The notes under the pieces were generated by a model, which worked only from the letters and a program-made list of their open reading frames with translations, had not been told where the DNA came from and searched no databases. Position numbers and translations under genes: made by a program. Source: Macrostomum lignano (taxonomy: Eukaryota). From it: a DNA stretch of 64,000 bases. Below, piece after piece: positions 59,780 to 64,000 of this stretch. The stretch spans positions 186,001 through 250,000 of the forward strand of contig NIVC01000843.1 of the NCBI GenBank assembly GCA_002269645.1, written 5' to 3'. Each line of letters starts with the position of its first letter. Position 1 is the first letter of the stretch.

Positions 59780-61022
59780 CGCCATAAACCACTCGCTGGA
59801 ATCGCCATCAACCACCCCCTGGAATCGCCATCAACCACTCCCTGAAATCGCCATCAACCACTCCCTAAAATCGCCATCAACCACTCCCTAAAATCGCCAT
59901 CAACCACTCCCAGAAATCGCCATCAGCCACTCCCTGGAATCCCCAGAAACCACTCCCTGGAATCCCCAGAAACCACTCCCTGGAATCGCCATAAACCACT
60001 CCCTGGAATCCCCAGAAACCACTCCCTGGAATCGCCATCAGCCACTCCCTGGAATCCCCAGAAACCACTCCCTGGAATCGCCATAAACCACTCCCTGGAA
60101 TCCCCAGAAACCACTCCCTGGAATCGCCATCAGCCACTCCCTGGAATCCCCAGAAACCACTCCCTGGAATCGCCATCAGCCACTCCCTGGAATCCCCAGA
60201 AACCACTCCCTGGAATCGCCATAAACCACTCCCTGGAATCCCCAGAAACCACTCCCTGGAATCGCCATCAGCCACTCCCTGGAATCCCCAGAAACCACTC
60301 CCTGGAATCCCCAGAAACCACTCCCTGAAATCGCCATCAACCACTCCCTGGAATCGCCATCAACCACTCCCTAAAATCGCCATCAACCACTCCCTGAAAT
60401 CGCCATCAACCACTCCCTAAAATCGCCATCAACCACTCCCTAAAATCGCCATCAACCACTCCCAGAAATCGCCATCAGCCACTCCCTGGAATCCCCAGAA
60501 ACCACTCCCTGGAATCCCCAGAAACCACTCCCTGGAATCGCCATAAACCACTCCCTGGAATCCCCAGAAACCACTCCCTGGAATCCCCAGAAACCACTCC
60601 CTGGAATCGCCATCAACCACTCCCTGGAATCCCCAGAAACCACTCCCTGGAATCGCCATCAGCCACTCCCTGGAATCGCCATCAGCCACTCCCTGGAATC
60701 CCCAGAAACCACTCCCTGGAATCGCCATAAACCACTCCCTGGAATCCCCAGAAACCACTCCCTGGAATCGCCATCAGCCACTCCCTGGAATCCCCAGAAA
60801 CCACTCCCTGGAATCCCCAGAAACCACTCACTAAAATCGCCATCAACCACTCCCTAAAATCGCCATCAACCACTCCCTAAAATCGCCATCAACCACTCCC
60901 TGAAATCGCCATCAACCACTCCCTGAAATCGCCATCAACCACTCCCTGAAATCGCCATCAACCACTCCCTAAAATCGCCATCAACCACTCCCTGAAATCG
61001 CCATCAACCACTCCTTAAAATC
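59780..61022. repeat. 23-bp two-variant minisatellite AACCACTCCCTGGAATC(GCCATC/CCCAGA)
   Basis: Direct inspection; accounts for the minus-strand ORFs 59877-60873. Confidence 0.96.
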
Positions 61023-61819
61023 GCATTTTCACAGTCTATTCTTGTCTGTAAACTCTAGTGTTATTCGAGGCAGAAATTGTTACGCAACTTAAAACAACAT
61101 TTTCAGGAAATACATGCGCGTTTGTGTTGGTTTTTTACGGCAACACAGCTTAGCTATTTTTGTAAAATAAATTTCTTTAATGGTAGTGCTCGTTTATTTT
61201 TCTTTCATTTAACAAGGGAGTCAAAGGTAGAATAGGAAAAACTGCTTGAATAGACTATTATGTTTCACCTGGTAGTAATGCTGGTAGTACTGATAGTAGT
61301 AAGTAGCAGTTTCGACAGTAGTACTCTGTCCAATTAGCTGTCTAATAGGCATTAAAATTTTTACGAGTTATATAATTAGTAAAGCAAGACAAAAAATGGA
61401 TGCTTTTATTGACAAAGGAGCTGAATAATAGTTGAAAGTGAATGAATACAAGATCGCGAAATCATTTTTTCTGGCTACAATGTGACTTGCAAGCTACCTA
61501 CCCTATCATCACAGCAGAATGATTTTCTCTTCTCTACTCGCCAGAAAGTGACACGCAAGCCTATTCAGCTGCGTGCTAACCACGACCAAATCTGCTTAAC
61601 TTGCAGTGAATAGATAGCAGATCTTCACTTCTTAAGACTTAAACAGATTATCACTTAGGTAATACTTTTATTCTCTTTTTATCAGCTTTTTACTTCGTTT
61701 CTACGCTCGTACACTCGGAGAAGAATCCTGTTGAAAATGTTACCGTGACAAGAATGGCTAAAAAAGTCATTACAAGTACGAAGTAACTTTCCAGTGACTC
61801 TCGCGACTAATGAGCAACT

Positions 61820-62460
61820 CCTGTGACTTTTTAACGACTCAAACGAGTCTCTATATGCGACGAAAAGACGAATTTTGCGTCGCAAGCGCGTCACTTTATG
61901 TTGAAGAATCGTAAGAGTCGCGAAAGGGGGCCGTAGCCCAGCGGTCTAGCGCAGGCTCTGGTGTGCCAGCGGCCCAGGCTCGATTCCAAGTGCAGTCACA
62001 TAAATTTGGGGCTGAATTGGAATCTCGGCTTGGCTCTGCTCGTGCAATTAACGGCCTTGAAAGCCAACCCCCCAAGGCGCAGTGAAGTGTACATGCCTAA
62101 CGATAAAATAAAGTGACAGTGTGAGTGTGTGCCTGCGTACGTATCCGCGCGCTTGTATGCCTGCTCAGGGGAGTCGGCGGAAAGGGCAGTAATGCCTCTC
62201 GCCGGTTGTGTGCCTGTGTCGCTTAAAGTGCGCCAGGGTGCACACAACCCCCTGCCTTTAATAAAAATAAGAGTCGCGAAAAAGAATCGTCCAAGAATCG
62301 TGATGGCACTTAAGATGTGACTAATTAATTTATCAAGTGACCCAGATGCGCTTTAAACGCTACTCAGTTCCTCTACAGCGACTCTATCACGCCTCAAATA
62401 AAACTACGGCCCCAGAGTCGTTATAGCGTATATACGAGTATATCGCAGACAACAAAACGC
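61820..62460 (+). repeat. Dispersed repeat (copy 2), interrupted by a SINE
   Basis: Homologous to 39340-39700. Confidence 0.75.
61926..62267 (+). mobile_element. tRNA-derived SINE family A, full length
   Basis: A box TAGCCCAGCGG, B box GGCTCGATTCC, A-rich tail, 14-bp TSD TAAGAGTCGCGAAA (61912-61925, 62268-62281). Confidence 0.9.
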
Positions 62461-62480
62461 TTCAAAGTGACTCAAACAAA

Positions 62481-62722
62481 CCCACTGGAACAGTTTGTGT
62501 CCTTGAGCAAGACACTTAACTCTGCATTGCTTCAGTTCACCCAGCTGTAAAATGGGTGCCAGCATTAGCTGGGGTAATTGAGGGTGTGTGTGGCGACCCC
62601 CCAGTCCTTGGACTGAACAGCCGTACGCAGCCTTCAGATGCGCCGCGCAATAGCTGCGGCTGAGCTGTCGGTTGCACATCTGGCCCAATTGGGACAGGTG
62701 TAATCAATTATTATTATTATTT
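62481..62722 (+). mobile_element. SINE family B, 5'-truncated
   Basis: Matches the reverse complement of 40875-41100; (ATT)n tail. Confidence 0.85.
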
Positions 62723-62967
62723 GGCGGCTTGTACCGAGGCATCCCGTCGTTTTAGAGTCGTCCTAAGTCACTTTCCTACTTTACGAGTACCTGTGTTACC
62801 TGCAACGGCTCTGGGGCGACGCAACTGACTCTAACGGGACGCTTCTTGGCCTAGGTACCGTTTGCTTCGGGCATACATACTCTAATTTTGCTACTTTTGA
62901 CTGTGCAAAGTACATCTACTTCAAATTGTCTAATAATATCCTCGAAGCAGTGCTTGATAAGTGCACG

Positions 62968-64000
62968 TCAGAGTCCATCGTTGACAATTTCTAAATATTC
63001 TGTTGCGTCGCTTTGAGGCCGATTGACCTCCGTCTGATCATGGGACGACGTTGGAAGCAGCACGGAATACGTGACGGTCTTTGATTCCTGTATAAAGTTT
63101 GGGTATTGCACTGCTGTTATGTATCATGCGCTAATTATTCCAGAGTAGAACTTACATCTGCAAAATATGTTGTAGTCGCTGCTCTTGCTAGCTTCGGTTC
63201 TTGCTGCGGTTGTAACATTTCGTGGTTCACAGTTGCTGAATTCTCTTCAGAGGTTGGACTGGTACCAGTAGTCACGAGCAGTTGTACTGGCAAATCCTGC
63301 TGCAAATCATGTTTTCAAGTTGACACGTTTAGCATCAATGATTGAAAGTTAAATGTGGCGCTTTCTTTAAGAAGATGTATACCTTTTTTAATCGCCAAAT
63401 GATATTTACGACAAAGCCGCCCAAAACAGTCAATATAACGACGCCCAGCACGATTGCAACAATGAACACCAACTTATGTCGTTCTGTCTCATTGCAAATC
63501 TTCATACTTTTATTCCGATGGACGCTCCACAAAACTTTCGATTCGTTGTACTGAATTGCTTCACAATTTACCGTCAATACATTGCTAACGCTGCAATTCG
63601 GGCACAGCCAAACTGATTTAAATGTGTACGCTTTTGTTTTACTAACGTTAGCGATTAAGACCAGTGAAATACTGTTATTTAGCGAGTCGGAAGCTGCGCA
63701 GCTGTGCTCAGGAGCCGGCTCAGAATGCCAGGACTCGAATAAAAATTGTTAAGTCAGCGAGCCGGATGTGAGGCATTGACCATCGCTAGTGTTTGCAGAG
63801 ATTTTCAAATTTTCAGGCGGATCTGATATTTAAAAGACAAGTTGCTATTCATCCGAAATAGGTTATTTACCAACACACGTCAGTAGATTTATCATTTATG
63901 AACTTACAAAATACTTGGAGATGTCTGCTCTTGATGTCAAGCGGTTGTCCACTAAAACTGCTGCTGCAAGTGTAATTCCCAGCATCTTCTGGTCGAGCTT
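62968..64000 (-). CDS. 3' part of a type I Ig-superfamily membrane receptor with ITIM and ITSM (5' end outside the window; one in-frame TAA)
   Basis: Phase-consistent exons >64000-63908, 63822-63383, 63299-63156, 63087-62968. Ig motif EDAGNYTC then LQVF|YPP; several NxS/T sequons; TM LVFIVAIVLGVVILTVLGGFVVNII followed by WRLKK; tail VTYSVL...TEYLEI; TAA at 63749-63751. Confidence 0.85.

Noticed and set aside
59877-60873. GDSREW repeat ORFs
   Set aside because: They are translations of the 23-bp minisatellite.
61926-61995. Possible tRNA gene
   Set aside because: A and B boxes are present but there is no convincing cloverleaf. It continues into a body with an A-tail and 14-bp TSD and has a second copy at 40.5 kb, so it is a SINE.
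63106-63577. Plus-strand ORFs 63106-63345 and 63342-63554
   Set aside because: They are antisense to the spliced Ig-receptor exons, which have much stronger motif and splice support.

Overview
This is eukaryotic (metazoan, almost certainly invertebrate) DNA; the style resembles a Macrostomum-type flatworm, which is an inference only. The first 32 kb is a stack of nested transposons. It holds (i) a deleted Mag-like Ty3/Gypsy remnant whose PPT/3' LTR junction is split by a Mutator-type foldback, (ii) a decayed Gypsy (+, about 5.2-11 kb), (iii) a complete TIR/8-bp-TSD Zisupton/KDZ-type element (12133-19766) carrying a spliced CxC-domain gene fragment and four MITEs, and (iv) a near full-length Gypsy of the same family as (ii) (-, 19949-30181) with ~1025-bp LTRs, a -1 frameshift site, a long RNaseH-integrase spacer, an 8x41-bp array, a non-env ORF3 and no PPT. 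The rest holds host genes: iRhom/RHBDF, intronless HOP2/PSMC3IP, RPAP1, and the 3' end of an Ig-superfamily receptor with an ITIM + ITSM tail. The larger introns are filled with different micro- and minisatellites, SINEs and MITEs. The most notable signals are the PD-1/Siglec/PECAM-like ITIM-ITSM receptor, the unknown ORF3 with a possible homolog in an unrelated Gypsy, and a both-strand C>T bias at CWG as well as CpG. All splice models and alignments were done by eye.
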